64,000 nucleotides of DNA, taken from positions 32,001-96,000 of the forward strand of contig CAZALK010000001.1 in the NCBI GenBank assembly GCA_964486045.1, given 5' to 3'. Under the pieces are notes generated by a model. The model saw only the letters and a program-made list of their open reading frames with translations, had not been told where the DNA came from and searched no databases. Source of the stretch: an uncultured archaeon (GTDB taxonomy: Archaea > Asgardarchaeota > Lokiarchaeia > Sigyniarchaeales > SOKP01). Below are positions 21,534 through 31,730 of this stretch, piece by piece. Each line of letters starts with the position of its first letter. Positions within the stretch are counted from its first letter, which is position 1. A program made the position numbers and the translations under genes.

Positions 21534-22901
21534 TTAAGTTTCCTCATCATCTTTTTTAAGCTTTTCAACGTCAGATTCGAATTTATCCATGATAGTTTTT
21601 GTATCAGATCTTATTTCAATTCGATGATCATCAATTTTCTTCTGATCTTCTATTTTTTCAGCTTGTTTTTCGATAATTCCTCTGATCTTGTCTCCAGCAC
21701 TTTCCATATCTGTATGAATCCCCGAACGTTGTTCATCTATTTCACGTTGTTTTTCAAGTCTGAAAGCTTTCTCTCCGATCGAGTTCTCAATCTTTTCCCC
21801 TACACCATTAAAATCAGGATGGATACCAACACGCTGTTCATCTATTTCTCGTTGTTTTTCAATTCTAAAAGCTTTCTCACCAATTAAACTCTCAATTTTT
21901 TCTCCAGCACTTTTCATATCTGGATGAACTCTAACACGTTGTTCATCCATTTTCCGTTGCTTTTCTATTCGATACGCCTTCTCCCCAATTGAACTCTCGA
22001 TTTTTTCCCCCGTATCCTGAAGATCTGGGTGAGTACCGGCAAGTTGCTCATCTTTTTCACGAAGTTTCTCAAATCGGAAAGCTTTCTCTCCGATCGAGCT
22101 TTCAATCTTTTTTCCTGCACCTTTAAGGTCTGGATGGATACTAGCACGTTTTTCATCCAATTCACGTTGTTTTTCAAAACGAAAAGCTTTCTCTCCAATC
22201 GAACTCTCAATTTTTTCACTTGGTCCTTTAAGATCTGGATGGACACTAGCGCGTTGATGATCTGATTCACGTTGTTTTTCAATTCGGAATGCTTTCTCCC
22301 CGACCGATCTCTCGATTTTTTCCCCTGTATCCCTAAGATCTGGGTGGATACCAGTAAGTTGCTCATCAGTTTCACGTAGTTTTTCAATTCGGAAAGCTTT
22401 CTCTCCAATCGAACCCTCAATTTTTTCTCCTACACTTTTAAAATCCGGGTGGATACCAGAACGTTTTTCATCTAATTCACGCTGCTTCTCAATTCTAAAA
22501 GCTTTCTCTCCAATCGAATTCCCTATTTTTTCGGCTATCCCCGTAATATCAGGTCGAAGTTCTTTAAGTTGAGATTCACTTTCTTTCTGGCGATCAATAA
22601 AAAATGCTTTTTCTTCGATGATCGGTTCTATTTTTTCTGCGGTCCCAGCAATGTCTGGTTTTAAATCTTTCAATTGAGCTTTCGTTTCTTTTTGACGATC
22701 AATCATAAAAGCTTTTTCATCAATTAAATCCGAAATAAGATCTTTTCCCTCCTCAAAAGATTTTTTTCTTTCTGCTTCAATTCCTTTTAAGTAATTTTCT
22801 CTTTCTTCCTTTTCTTTTTTATATAAGTCATCTACAAGTTTTTTTTGTTCTTCAATTTCTTCTTTTGTAGGAGGTTTTTCATTTTCACCCATTATTTTCA
22901 C
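21534..22901 (-). CDS. Charged tandem-repeat protein (10-11 x 35 aa)
   Basis: Repeat consensus EKAFRIEKQRExDEQRxGIHPDxKxxGEKIESSIG. Confidence 0.9.
   Translation of the reverse strand: MKIMGENEKPPTKEEIEEQKKLVDDLYKKEKEERENYLKGIEAERKKSFEEGKDLISDLIDEKAFMIDRQKETKAQLKDLKPDIAGTAEKIEPIIEEKAFFIDRQKESESQLKELRPDITGIAEKIGNSIGEKAFRIEKQRELDEKRSGIHPDFKSVGEKIEGSIGEKAFRIEKLRETDEQLTGIHPDLRDTGEKIERSVGEKAFRIEKQRESDHQRASVHPDLKGPSEKIESSIGEKAFRFEKQRELDEKRASIHPDLKGAGKKIESSIGEKAFRFEKLREKDEQLAGTHPDLQDTGEKIESSIGEKAYRIEKQRKMDEQRVRVHPDMKSAGEKIESLIGEKAFRIEKQREIDEQRVGIHPDFNGVGEKIENSIGEKAFRLEKQREIDEQRSGIHTDMESAGDKIRGIIEKQAEKIEDQKKIDDHRIEIRSDTKTIMDKFESDVEKLKKDDEET
21690..22735 (-). repeat. Intragenic 105-bp tandem repeat array
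   Basis: GCTTTCTCTCC(A/G)ATCGA-like motif recurs every 105 bp. Confidence 0.9.
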
Positions 22902-23033
22902 TTCTCAAAGTCATAAATGTATTTCTAAAATAATAGTAAAATTGGTATTTATTTCTTTTTAGATTTAAGATGGAATAAGTTTTAAATTTTTATAAAACAA
23001 TGAAATGAGTATAGATTTATCTTTCGATTATCA

Positions 23034-23783
23034 TTATTTAATAGGAATTGGTTCAATTGAATCATCAGAAATCTGATCCATCAAGCTTAACATCGTTAAT
23101 TTTAGATTTAGCATTTCCCTAGCTTCCAGATTCAATTTCTTGGATTCGTTTGAAGTCATTGGGATTGTATACTTTGAAAATAATCTATCTAACTCTTTCA
23201 ATAACCTTGTTGTAAGTTCTTCTTGACTTTCTAAGTTTAAATCTTGTGTTTTTAGCCAATAATCTATTTCCGTTTTGACTTGAAATTCAGAATCATGTAT
23301 TATATTATATGAAACCTTAATTTCTTCAGTACGTTTTAAGCTATTGAGGTATTCATGATCTCTATACATTGGTTTAATTAATATTCCTAGATTCATAATA
23401 AGTGGTTGAGTATCCAGTTTTTCTAATGAATCTGCTAAATATTTCAACACTTGATCTTTTTGGTTTATATTTGAATAATTAATATATTCCTGAATAAAGT
23501 GCATAATTGCGTTTTTGGTTAATAAATCTTCGAAATCATAAATAGAATCGGCTTTAATTTCAAGAGTATTGGTTATGCATTTATAAAGTGAACCCATAAA
23601 TGGCTTAATATCTTGAAACATCGAAAATTTGTTTACAAAATTTAAGATATCGCCAACAATTTCCAATTTATTCTCATCTGATTCTGCATTAAAATAGTGG
23701 TTAATAGATTTTTCCAATTCGAAGTTTTGGTCCGAGACTGATAGAAGTTGTTTTATTTCAGAATAAACAGAACTTAAGTTCAC
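23034..23783 (-). CDS. Hypothetical alpha-helical protein
   Basis: 249-aa ORF, no recognised motif. Confidence 0.75.
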   Translation of the reverse strand: MNLSSVYSEIKQLLSVSDQNFELEKSINHYFNAESDENKLEIVGDILNFVNKFSMFQDIKPFMGSLYKCITNTLEIKADSIYDFEDLLTKNAIMHFIQEYINYSNINQKDQVLKYLADSLEKLDTQPLIMNLGILIKPMYRDHEYLNSLKRTEEIKVSYNIIHDSEFQVKTEIDYWLKTQDLNLESQEELTTRLLKELDRLFSKYTIPMTSNESKKLNLEAREMLNLKLTMLSLMDQISDDSIEPIPIK

Positions 23784-23992
23784 AATAATTTTATTTGTTA
23801 ATTATCTTTATTAATATTTTTTCTTTTGTTGTTGACCTATGATTGCGGAATATTTTTTTTTTTTTTAAAAAACTAAATTTATTGGAAAATTTTTTTATGT
23901 TTCAATTTGAAAAAAATTATTAATAAAGCTATATTCGATTGATTATCATATTTCATTTTGCATAAAATTATTCCAAGAGGTATAACTATAAT

Positions 23993-24538
23993 TTGTGGCC
24001 TAAAGAATTCAAATTCTTTCAAGAATTTTTCGACGACTTCAGATTAATATTTATATTTAATACGATAAAAGATTTTCAAAATGGGCTTACTTATTATGAT
24101 TTAAAGAAATACGGGAACATTCCACATTCCAAGATATACCGAATTATGAAAACCTTAGAAGAAGACGGATTCTTAAGCATGAAAAAAGAAGAATTAAGAA
24201 ATGAATGTGGAAGACCAAAGCATTTATATTTTCTCTCAGAAAAAGGGGAAGAAAAATTATCTGAATTACGATTTAAACTCGCGAAAATATTTGAATTCAT
24301 AAAACTTAGGTTCCCAAAAAGCAATTCAGATATGGATTATGAAAAATTTCTCAATGAAGCTACATTTAAAGTGTGGTCAAACCCGGTTGATTATATTTTA
24401 AGCCAGGATATTCCAGTTGAAGAAAAATTTTCTGTACTATCAGGAATGGAATCAGATATTTTAATTATTTTAGAAAAGGTTCGAAAAGAAAAGAAAAAAA
24501 TTGAAAAAACAATAGGTTTACAAATTGAGATGAGTTAG
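23993..24538 (+). CDS. PadR-like winged-helix transcriptional regulator
   Basis: TYYDL...SKIYRIMKTLEEDGFL...GRPKHLYFLSEKGEEKL; first gene of the ABC exporter operon. Confidence 0.85.
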   Translation: MWPKEFKFFQEFFDDFRLIFIFNTIKDFQNGLTYYDLKKYGNIPHSKIYRIMKTLEEDGFLSMKKEELRNECGRPKHLYFLSEKGEEKLSELRFKLAKIFEFIKLRFPKSNSDMDYEKFLNEATFKVWSNPVDYILSQDIPVEEKFSVLSGMESDILIILEKVRKEKKKIEKTIGLQIEMS

Positions 24539-24542
24539 AGAT

Positions 24543-26321
24543 ATGGGTTCGTTTCGTATGATAATGAGTTATTGGTTAAGATCGAAAAAAGATTTTATAT
24601 TACAATTTACTTGGATGTTGATTTCTACAATTTTCTATGTTGTCACCCCAATATTTATTGGAAGAATGGTGGGGAGCCTCCTCAACAGTGAACAACTGTT
24701 AGTAACTAGAGTAATCGAAATGATAATCTATTTTGTACTCATTCTGTTTTTTGCCTTACTAAGATACGTGCTTAACAGAGCTGCAAGATTACGAGGGGCT
24801 GAAGTATCTGCGAGAGCGGTTTACTATTTAAGATCAGATATTAGTAATGCAATTTACCGTCAATCTTTCTCATATTTTGATAAAACTGAAACGGGACAAT
24901 TAATCTCTCGAGCTACGAGTGATATTGAAGAAACGCAAATGGTTTTCAGTATGGGTTTAACTTTAAGCTTGCAATCTTTTCTTCAAATAGGAGGTGTTAT
25001 TTTCGGTTTTTACCTTTTTAGTCCTGTAATTACGATTATGTTAATTATTGTTATTATTTCTTCCCTTGGATTTTCTTTTTATATTGCGAAGAAACTTAGG
25101 CCAATTTTTTTAGAAACCAGAGAAAGTTTTGGAGATTTAACCAATACAATCAGAGAAAATATAATCGGGGCTCAGGTTGTACGCATGTTTAGTACTCAAA
25201 AAAAGGAGCAGCAAAAGTTCATGGAAAACAACCAAAGATTTTATAATGCAAGCGTGAAATCAGTAAAATATAATTCCACTTTTATACCCGTTATTATTAT
25301 AGTAACCGGGTTTATGTCGGTCTTTACTTTATTTTATGGAGGTCTAAGCGTAATTAACGGAAGTATGATAGGGGGGATAAATGCATTGATTACTTTACAA
25401 TCATATGTTATAGCTATTAGTTTTCCTTTAATGATGCTAGGACAAATAATGCTTATGTATATTCAAGCTGATGCTGCTCTAATACGTGTAAGAGAAGTTA
25501 TAGACTCAACTCCCGATGTACAAGATTTGCCTGATGCCATTCCAGGGAATTTAATTATGGGAGATATTGAATTTGAGAATGTATCCTTTGGATATACCCC
25601 TGATCATAGAATATTAAAAAATGTGTCATTTAGTGTACAAGCGGGAAAAAAACTGGCGATTTTAGGGACGACAGGATCAGGAAAATCAACGATAATAAGC
25701 TTAATTCCACGTTTCTATGATGTTAATGAAGGAGTTATTAAAATTGATAAGAAAGAAATACAGAAATATATTATAAAAGATTTACGCAGCAATATTGGAA
25801 TTGTCTCTCAAGAAACTTTTCTTTTTGATAAATCAATCGCTGATAATATTGCTTATGGGAAGGAAAGCGCCACAGAAGATGAAATAATTCAAGCTGCTAA
25901 AATAGCAAATTTGCATGATTTCATAATTTCCTTACCAAAAGGCTACAAGAGCTTAGTTGGAGAAAGAGGTACAAGATTATCTGGTGGACAAAAGCAAAGA
26001 CTAACTATAGCTAGAGCTCTCATTATTAAACCTAAAATCCTAATTTTCGATGATTCTACAAGTTCAGTTGACGTGGAAACGGAATATAAAATTCAAAACG
26101 CATTGGCTGAAATAATGAAAGATACAACTACAATAATCATAACTCAGAGAATATCGTCTATTAGGGATGCAGACTCAATCTTAATTTTAGATAGAGGTAG
26201 GGTGGTTGGATTTGGAACTCATGATGAATTAATTAATCAAAATGTTTTATATTCACAGATTTATGAAACCCTTTATCAAAAACAAAAATTAAAAGTAAAA
26301 ATTGAAGAAATTAATAATTAG
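24543..26321 (+). CDS. Heterodimeric ABC exporter subunit (TMD+NBD)
   Basis: TM helices, GTTGSGKS, LSGGQKQR, degenerate Walker B IFDDS and switch Gln (TQR). Confidence 0.95.
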   Translation: MGSFRMIMSYWLRSKKDFILQFTWMLISTIFYVVTPIFIGRMVGSLLNSEQLLVTRVIEMIIYFVLILFFALLRYVLNRAARLRGAEVSARAVYYLRSDISNAIYRQSFSYFDKTETGQLISRATSDIEETQMVFSMGLTLSLQSFLQIGGVIFGFYLFSPVITIMLIIVIISSLGFSFYIAKKLRPIFLETRESFGDLTNTIRENIIGAQVVRMFSTQKKEQQKFMENNQRFYNASVKSVKYNSTFIPVIIIVTGFMSVFTLFYGGLSVINGSMIGGINALITLQSYVIAISFPLMMLGQIMLMYIQADAALIRVREVIDSTPDVQDLPDAIPGNLIMGDIEFENVSFGYTPDHRILKNVSFSVQAGKKLAILGTTGSGKSTIISLIPRFYDVNEGVIKIDKKEIQKYIIKDLRSNIGIVSQETFLFDKSIADNIAYGKESATEDEIIQAAKIANLHDFIISLPKGYKSLVGERGTRLSGGQKQRLTIARALIIKPKILIFDDSTSSVDVETEYKIQNALAEIMKDTTTIIITQRISSIRDADSILILDRGRVVGFGTHDELINQNVLYSQIYETLYQKQKLKVKIEEINN

Positions 26322-26332
26322 AGGTAAGAAAA

Positions 26333-28888
26333 TTGTCAAACGATCAAGAAATTGAAGAAGAAGAAGAGAAAGAAATAATTCAACCTACCGTAGGCTTTGG
26401 TCATAAATTCATGATGGATGATGAAAAAGCAAAATTAGACAATCCCAGAAAGAAATTATGGGGATGGTTATTGTCATTCATGAGCCCATTTAAGGGTAAA
26501 TTTATATTTTTTTTACTTTTATTGTTGCTAGGAACTGTCATTCAATCGATTATTCCTTTATTTTCTGCTAGTATAATAGATATTGGGATCTTAAATAATA
26601 ATAGTTCCTACATCATCAACATGAGCGTGTTTTTATTATCAATTTTAATTTTAATGGCAGTTACAAGTTACATTGCTCAATACGGAATGGGAAAAATATC
26701 TCAAAAGGTTACGTATGAGATTAGGAATGATCTTTTCTTAAAATTACAGGACATGTCATTAAATTATTTTGATCAAAGACCCTCTGGGGATATCATGTCG
26801 ATCATGACAAATGATGTTACTCAGCTTAATCAACTGGTAGGAGGTCAATTTGTTCAAATAATAACGAGTATAGTATCATTAGCCTTAACTGTGGTAATCA
26901 TGTTCATTTTAAATCCATTTTTAGCTCTAATAAGCATGGTAGTTTTTCCAATATTTCTGTCTGTGTCTCATTATTTTAAAAAAGTAGCAATGGGTCTATT
27001 TAAAGCTTCGAGAAAATCAATAGGGAAAGTAACCTCATCAATACAAGAGAATATTGCAGGTGCAAAAGTAGTTCAAGCTTATGGCCAAGAAACTCGGGCA
27101 GCTTCAGAATTTGACAAAGCAAATAAGGCTAATTATACTGCATCGCTTAGAATACGTAAATACATGGCAACTATATTTCCCCTAATCACGTTAATCACTA
27201 CTACCATTACTGCGGGAGTTTTATTAGCTGGTGGATTTACGGTGTTAGGAAACGTGTCCATTTTTGGCATAGCAGTTTCTGTTGGAGTACTTACTGCCTA
27301 TATCGGCATTTTAGGACAATTTTTCAGACCTTTCATGATGTTAATGCAAATACAACAAATAATCGAAGCTGCAATGGCAGCAACTGATCGAATATATTCA
27401 TTGTTGGAAGAAAAAGTTGAAATCCCAGATGATGATAAACCATTATTATTTGAATCAGTAGAAGGAAATATTGAGTTCGAGAGCGTAAGTTTTGGATATG
27501 TTCTTAACGAAAATGGGAGTAAAGAAAATATAACAAAAGCTAATCCTCAAACCAGTATGATGGGAAGTCACCCCACTGGATTAACGGGTGGACCTCCAGC
27601 AGGAATGATGCAAAACCCGATGTTTAAAAAAGCAATTGAGACAATTAAATCATTTCCGGAACCTTATTCTTCATTTATAATGAAGAATATGATGCATATG
27701 TCCCCAGATATCATGCGTAATTTAATGATGAATTTGATGGGAACAAATCCTACTGATGTGCCCGAGAAAATCGATCAGATCTTAGCCGAAATTCAACATG
27801 CTGTACCAGGAACGAACATGGCCCAAAATCATCCAGATTATAAAACCACATTCATAATAGAACGTGATCAACAAAAAGAAGCTCAAAGTAAAGAAACGCC
27901 GTTTCAAAACATGATGCCTCCAGAAACTCTATTGATGATGGTAAAATTCTTAGAAAGATCTTTAAAATCTAGTTCAAAATTTCAAACTGGGGGTAGTGGA
28001 ATGGGAGGAGAAGGTGGGGGGATGATGGGTGGAGGAATGCCACAAATGTCCCCAACATCCATGATAAATATGCTTGCTAGGATGCCTATATCTCCAGAAA
28101 TTTATGATAAGTTCCCAAATCTTGTGAAGGAAGCTATAGTAGAACAGAAACGAATCATACAACATGAAGAATCAACGGGATACGTGTTGAAAGATTTTAA
28201 TTTAAAAATCCCAGCGGGGATAACAATTGCAATTGTTGGGGAAACTGGAGCAGGTAAGACAACTTTAATTAAATTAATTGGACGATTTTATGATATTAAT
28301 AATGGAAAGATTTTAGTTGACGATGTTGATATAAAAAAGGTTCGTAAAAAAGATTTAAGAAATGTAATAGGATTAGTTCCTCAAGATGCGTTTCTCTTTA
28401 CTGGCACGATCAGAGAAAATCTTTTATATGCCTTCGAAACCCCGACCCCCGAAAACGAGAAAAGAATGTTTGAAGTTTCAAAGTTTTTAGGACTACATAA
28501 TTTTATTGAAACGCTTCATAAAAAATATGAGACTAAGTTAAAAGAAAATGGAAGTAATATTTCAATAGGACAACGACAACTAATTGCTTTTGCTAGAGCA
28601 TTAATAACTGATCCTAAAATTTTAATATTAGATGAAGCAACATCATCAGTAGATCCCTATACAGAAACTTTAATTCAGGATGCTCTGAACAAGGCACGTA
28701 AAGGGAGAACCACAATAATTATAGCACATCGTCTTTCTACTATAAAAAATGCAGATCTCATTGTAGTTTTAGGTGAGGACCGTAAAGGTATAATAGAGCA
28801 AGGAGATCACAATACACTGCTCTCTTTGAATGGAAAATATAAACGGCTCTTAGAAATGCAATATCGAGATGTCTCAGCTAATGAATAA
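26333..28888 (+). CDS. Heterodimeric ABC exporter subunit (TMD+NBD) with large Met-rich insertion
   Basis: GETGAGKT, ISIGQRQ, ILDEATS, IAHR; about 220-aa insert after FESVSFGY. Confidence 0.93.
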   Translation: MSNDQEIEEEEEKEIIQPTVGFGHKFMMDDEKAKLDNPRKKLWGWLLSFMSPFKGKFIFFLLLLLLGTVIQSIIPLFSASIIDIGILNNNSSYIINMSVFLLSILILMAVTSYIAQYGMGKISQKVTYEIRNDLFLKLQDMSLNYFDQRPSGDIMSIMTNDVTQLNQLVGGQFVQIITSIVSLALTVVIMFILNPFLALISMVVFPIFLSVSHYFKKVAMGLFKASRKSIGKVTSSIQENIAGAKVVQAYGQETRAASEFDKANKANYTASLRIRKYMATIFPLITLITTTITAGVLLAGGFTVLGNVSIFGIAVSVGVLTAYIGILGQFFRPFMMLMQIQQIIEAAMAATDRIYSLLEEKVEIPDDDKPLLFESVEGNIEFESVSFGYVLNENGSKENITKANPQTSMMGSHPTGLTGGPPAGMMQNPMFKKAIETIKSFPEPYSSFIMKNMMHMSPDIMRNLMMNLMGTNPTDVPEKIDQILAEIQHAVPGTNMAQNHPDYKTTFIIERDQQKEAQSKETPFQNMMPPETLLMMVKFLERSLKSSSKFQTGGSGMGGEGGGMMGGGMPQMSPTSMINMLARMPISPEIYDKFPNLVKEAIVEQKRIIQHEESTGYVLKDFNLKIPAGITIAIVGETGAGKTTLIKLIGRFYDINNGKILVDDVDIKKVRKKDLRNVIGLVPQDAFLFTGTIRENLLYAFETPTPENEKRMFEVSKFLGLHNFIETLHKKYETKLKENGSNISIGQRQLIAFARALITDPKILILDEATSSVDPYTETLIQDALNKARKGRTTIIIAHRLSTIKNADLIVVLGEDRKGIIEQGDHNTLLSLNGKYKRLLEMQYRDVSANE

Positions 28889-28994
28889 ATTTACCAATCA
28901 AAAAGTTTTTTTTATTCCATCAATGAATTTATAAAAACCTAAATTTAAAAATAACTTTATTTCCATAATCGATATTTCTTATAGGTGTCTATTA

Positions 28995-29726
28995 ATTCCA
29001 TATTTTGACTATTCAGGAAAGAAGATATTTTACCAAGTTAAGAATAGCAATTCTCAAGATGCTCTTATTTTTATCCATGGATCAGGGGGAAATTCAAATA
29101 TTTGGAAGGATCAATTAAAGTTGAAAATAAAATATAATATTTATGCTCTTGATTTGCCTTCTCATAATAATTCTGATGCCTTTCAAGAACTCTCCTTAGA
29201 TTTATATACTAATGTCCTTAGAACGTTTATTGACTATTTAAAAGTTGAAAAGGTTATTTTAGCAGGCCATTCCTTAGGAGGAGCAGTTATTCAAGATTAC
29301 TTCTTTAAATACCCTAATGATGTTTCTGCTTTATTTTTAATCGGGACTGGGGGCAGGTTGCGAGTTCTGCCTTCAATCTTGGAAACTGTGAAAAATAACT
29401 TTCAATTGTTTATAAAGGATATGAGGGATGATCTTAAAAAGGAATATTTGAAAACAGCCCCGAACGTTATATATGATGATTTTAAAATTTGTGATGGATT
29501 TGATACACTTGATAAAACTAACTTAATCAATATCCCTTGTTTAATATTGGTTGGTAGAGAAGATATTATGACTCCTGTTAAATATTCCGAATTTTTTCAT
29601 AAAAAGCTTAACAATTCTAAACTTGTAATAATTGAGAAGGCAGGACATTTAGCAATGTTAGAACAATCGAAAATAATGAATCAGGCAATAGAGAATTTTA
29701 TTAATAGTAAATTAAAATGCGATTAA
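28995..29726 (+). CDS. Alpha/beta hydrolase (start extended to a probable ATT codon)
   Basis: In-frame upstream sequence (I/M)PYFDYSGKKIFY...LIFIHGSGG carries the oxyanion HG motif missing from the 29121 ORF; GHSLGG nucleophile, GREDIMTP, AGH. Confidence 0.9.
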   Translation: MPYFDYSGKKIFYQVKNSNSQDALIFIHGSGGNSNIWKDQLKLKIKYNIYALDLPSHNNSDAFQELSLDLYTNVLRTFIDYLKVEKVILAGHSLGGAVIQDYFFKYPNDVSALFLIGTGGRLRVLPSILETVKNNFQLFIKDMRDDLKKEYLKTAPNVIYDDFKICDGFDTLDKTNLINIPCLILVGREDIMTPVKYSEFFHKKLNNSKLVIIEKAGHLAMLEQSKIMNQAIENFINSKLKCD

Positions 29727-29794
29727 TCAGACTAAAAGAATGAAAAAAACAATTGGGATAAAATTGGAGTATCTAATTACTAAAAATTTATGTT

Positions 29795-30592
29795 ATGCGT
29801 GATTATACTTATGGACCTCTTCAATCAAGACGATTAGGTCTCTCTTTAGGAATTAATGTTTTACCAAATTATAAAGTTTGCACTTTTAACTGTACATATT
29901 GCGAGTTAGGTAGTACTGATAGCGAACATTTAGTATCTTCAAGTTTTAGAATCAAAATTCTTCCAACTGCCAAGTATAGAAAAGAATTAGTTTCAATATT
30001 ATCACTGTTTCCTCATTTGAAATCAATTACTTTTGGTTATAATGGAGAACCAACCCTAAATGAAAATTTATTAGATTTTCTAAAAATTACGCTTGAGGTT
30101 AGGGAGAGTATAGAGTGGAATCAACAAAAACCAATCATTACTCTCTTTACTAACTCAAGCACTCTTTATTTTGAAGAGATAAGGGAAAGAGTTAAGCAAT
30201 TTGAATTGATTTTGGCTAAACTAGATGTAGCTACAGATAAAGATCTCAGAAAAACTAATCGACCCCTTAATAAATCACCAACTATTGAAACAATAATAGA
30301 ATCATTAGTGAATCTTAGAGAAGAAAAACCAACAGAGCATAAATTGGTTATTCAAAGTTTATTCTACAATTCTTATAGCAAAGATTTTGAATCTAATAAT
30401 AACAAATCAAACTTAGATAAATTAGGACAGGCTTTAAAAAGGATTAAACCCGATTTAGTGCAAATATACACAACCGCAAGGATTCCTGCTGAATATTATG
30501 TATATAGCATCGATGATACAAGAAAAAAAGAAATTGTAAAATTCTTGGAAGACTCAATTCAAAATAAAAGTATTAAAGTCAAATTTTATTGA
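29795..30592 (+). CDS. Radical SAM Fe-S oxidoreductase (COG0731-like)
   Basis: YGPLQSRRLGLSLGIN, CTFNCTYC, GEPTL. Confidence 0.9.
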   Translation: MRDYTYGPLQSRRLGLSLGINVLPNYKVCTFNCTYCELGSTDSEHLVSSSFRIKILPTAKYRKELVSILSLFPHLKSITFGYNGEPTLNENLLDFLKITLEVRESIEWNQQKPIITLFTNSSTLYFEEIRERVKQFELILAKLDVATDKDLRKTNRPLNKSPTIETIIESLVNLREEKPTEHKLVIQSLFYNSYSKDFESNNNKSNLDKLGQALKRIKPDLVQIYTTARIPAEYYVYSIDDTRKKEIVKFLEDSIQNKSIKVKFY

Positions 30593-30696
30593 ATCAAATA
30601 TAAGTTCTCAACTTTTTACATATAGTTTAATATTGATTTAAAGGAAAAATATTATTGATTAAGATTATTTAATCAGATAACTGTAAATTAATTTGG

Positions 30697-31710
30697 GTGA
30701 AAAATATAGGAGAAAGATATATTGCCGGTGTTGATATCGGTGGTACTTGGACTAGAGCTGCGATATGCACAATAGATTTGAATGAAGTAAATTTTAGAAA
30801 AAAATCAACTAGAACCTTAAAGGAGAATAGATTCTCAATCAGTTCTTCAATATGTGAGATTATTTCAGAATTGTTAAAGGAAAATCACATTGAAAAAGAT
30901 GAATTGTTAGCTATAGGTATTGCTTCTGCTGGTCCTTTAAATACTGACACAGGGGTCGTTTTCAACAATGCAAATTTAGGATTTCGTATCATCCCATTAA
31001 GAGAACCAATTGAAAATCAATTTCCAGGGATTCCTATATACTTTATTAATGACGGTAGTGGAGCTGTTTTAGGTATTCATTTTTTTGAAGCAGGAGAAAT
31101 TGAAAAAAATAATATAGCATATATAACTATGTCAACTGGAATTGGAGGAGGTATTATTTGCAATGGTCATTTATTATTAGGAAAAGAAGGAAATGCTGCT
31201 GAAATTGGACATGGATTAGTTAACCCCAAAAGTAAAATAAAGTGTAATTGTGGAGCTTATGGGTGTTGGGAAGCATACAGTTCTGGAACGGGAGTAAAAC
31301 TAAGAACTTTAGAAGGAATAAAGGAAGGACAGCTAAATGCGAATATACTTTTAGAAATTGTAGAGAATGACACAACTAAAATCACTGCTAAGGAAGTCTT
31401 CCAAGCTGCAAGAGAGGGAGATATTTTATCATGCAAAATCGTAAATGATTGTATATTCTTTTCAAAAGTAGGAATTGGACTGGTTAACAATTTTTTTGAT
31501 TGCACATCTATTTATTTTGGAGGTGCGATGATGAAAGATAAGGAACAAATTCTTCCACCATTGATTGAACAATTCAAAAAAGATCCAATAAAATTTACTA
31601 TTAATCATACCCCTAGATTAAAAGCAACGAAATTTAAGGACGAAATAGGATTAATAGGTGCATTAACTCTTGTTAAATACAAACAGGAGAATCATAAAAT
31701 TCTCTTATAA
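30697..31710 (+). CDS. ROK family sugar kinase
   Basis: GVDIGGT, STGIGGG, AEIGH, CNCG..GCWE. Confidence 0.93.
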   Translation: MKNIGERYIAGVDIGGTWTRAAICTIDLNEVNFRKKSTRTLKENRFSISSSICEIISELLKENHIEKDELLAIGIASAGPLNTDTGVVFNNANLGFRIIPLREPIENQFPGIPIYFINDGSGAVLGIHFFEAGEIEKNNIAYITMSTGIGGGIICNGHLLLGKEGNAAEIGHGLVNPKSKIKCNCGAYGCWEAYSSGTGVKLRTLEGIKEGQLNANILLEIVENDTTKITAKEVFQAAREGDILSCKIVNDCIFFSKVGIGLVNNFFDCTSIYFGGAMMKDKEQILPPLIEQFKKDPIKFTINHTPRLKATKFKDEIGLIGALTLVKYKQENHKILL

Positions 31711-31730
31711 AAGAATTAGGAAATTTAACA

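Noticed and set aside
21690-22735. 105-bp repeats as a CRISPR array
   Set aside because: The repeats are contiguous, degenerate at codon third positions and in frame, with no unique spacers and no cas genes.
23900-23912. TTTCAATTTGAAA palindrome upstream of the PadR-like gene
   Set aside because: A plausible operator, but indistinguishable from chance in such AT-rich DNA.
27500-28180. ABC insertion as an intein
   Set aside because: No N-terminal Cys/Ser block, no His-Asn C-terminus, no LAGLIDADG motifs.
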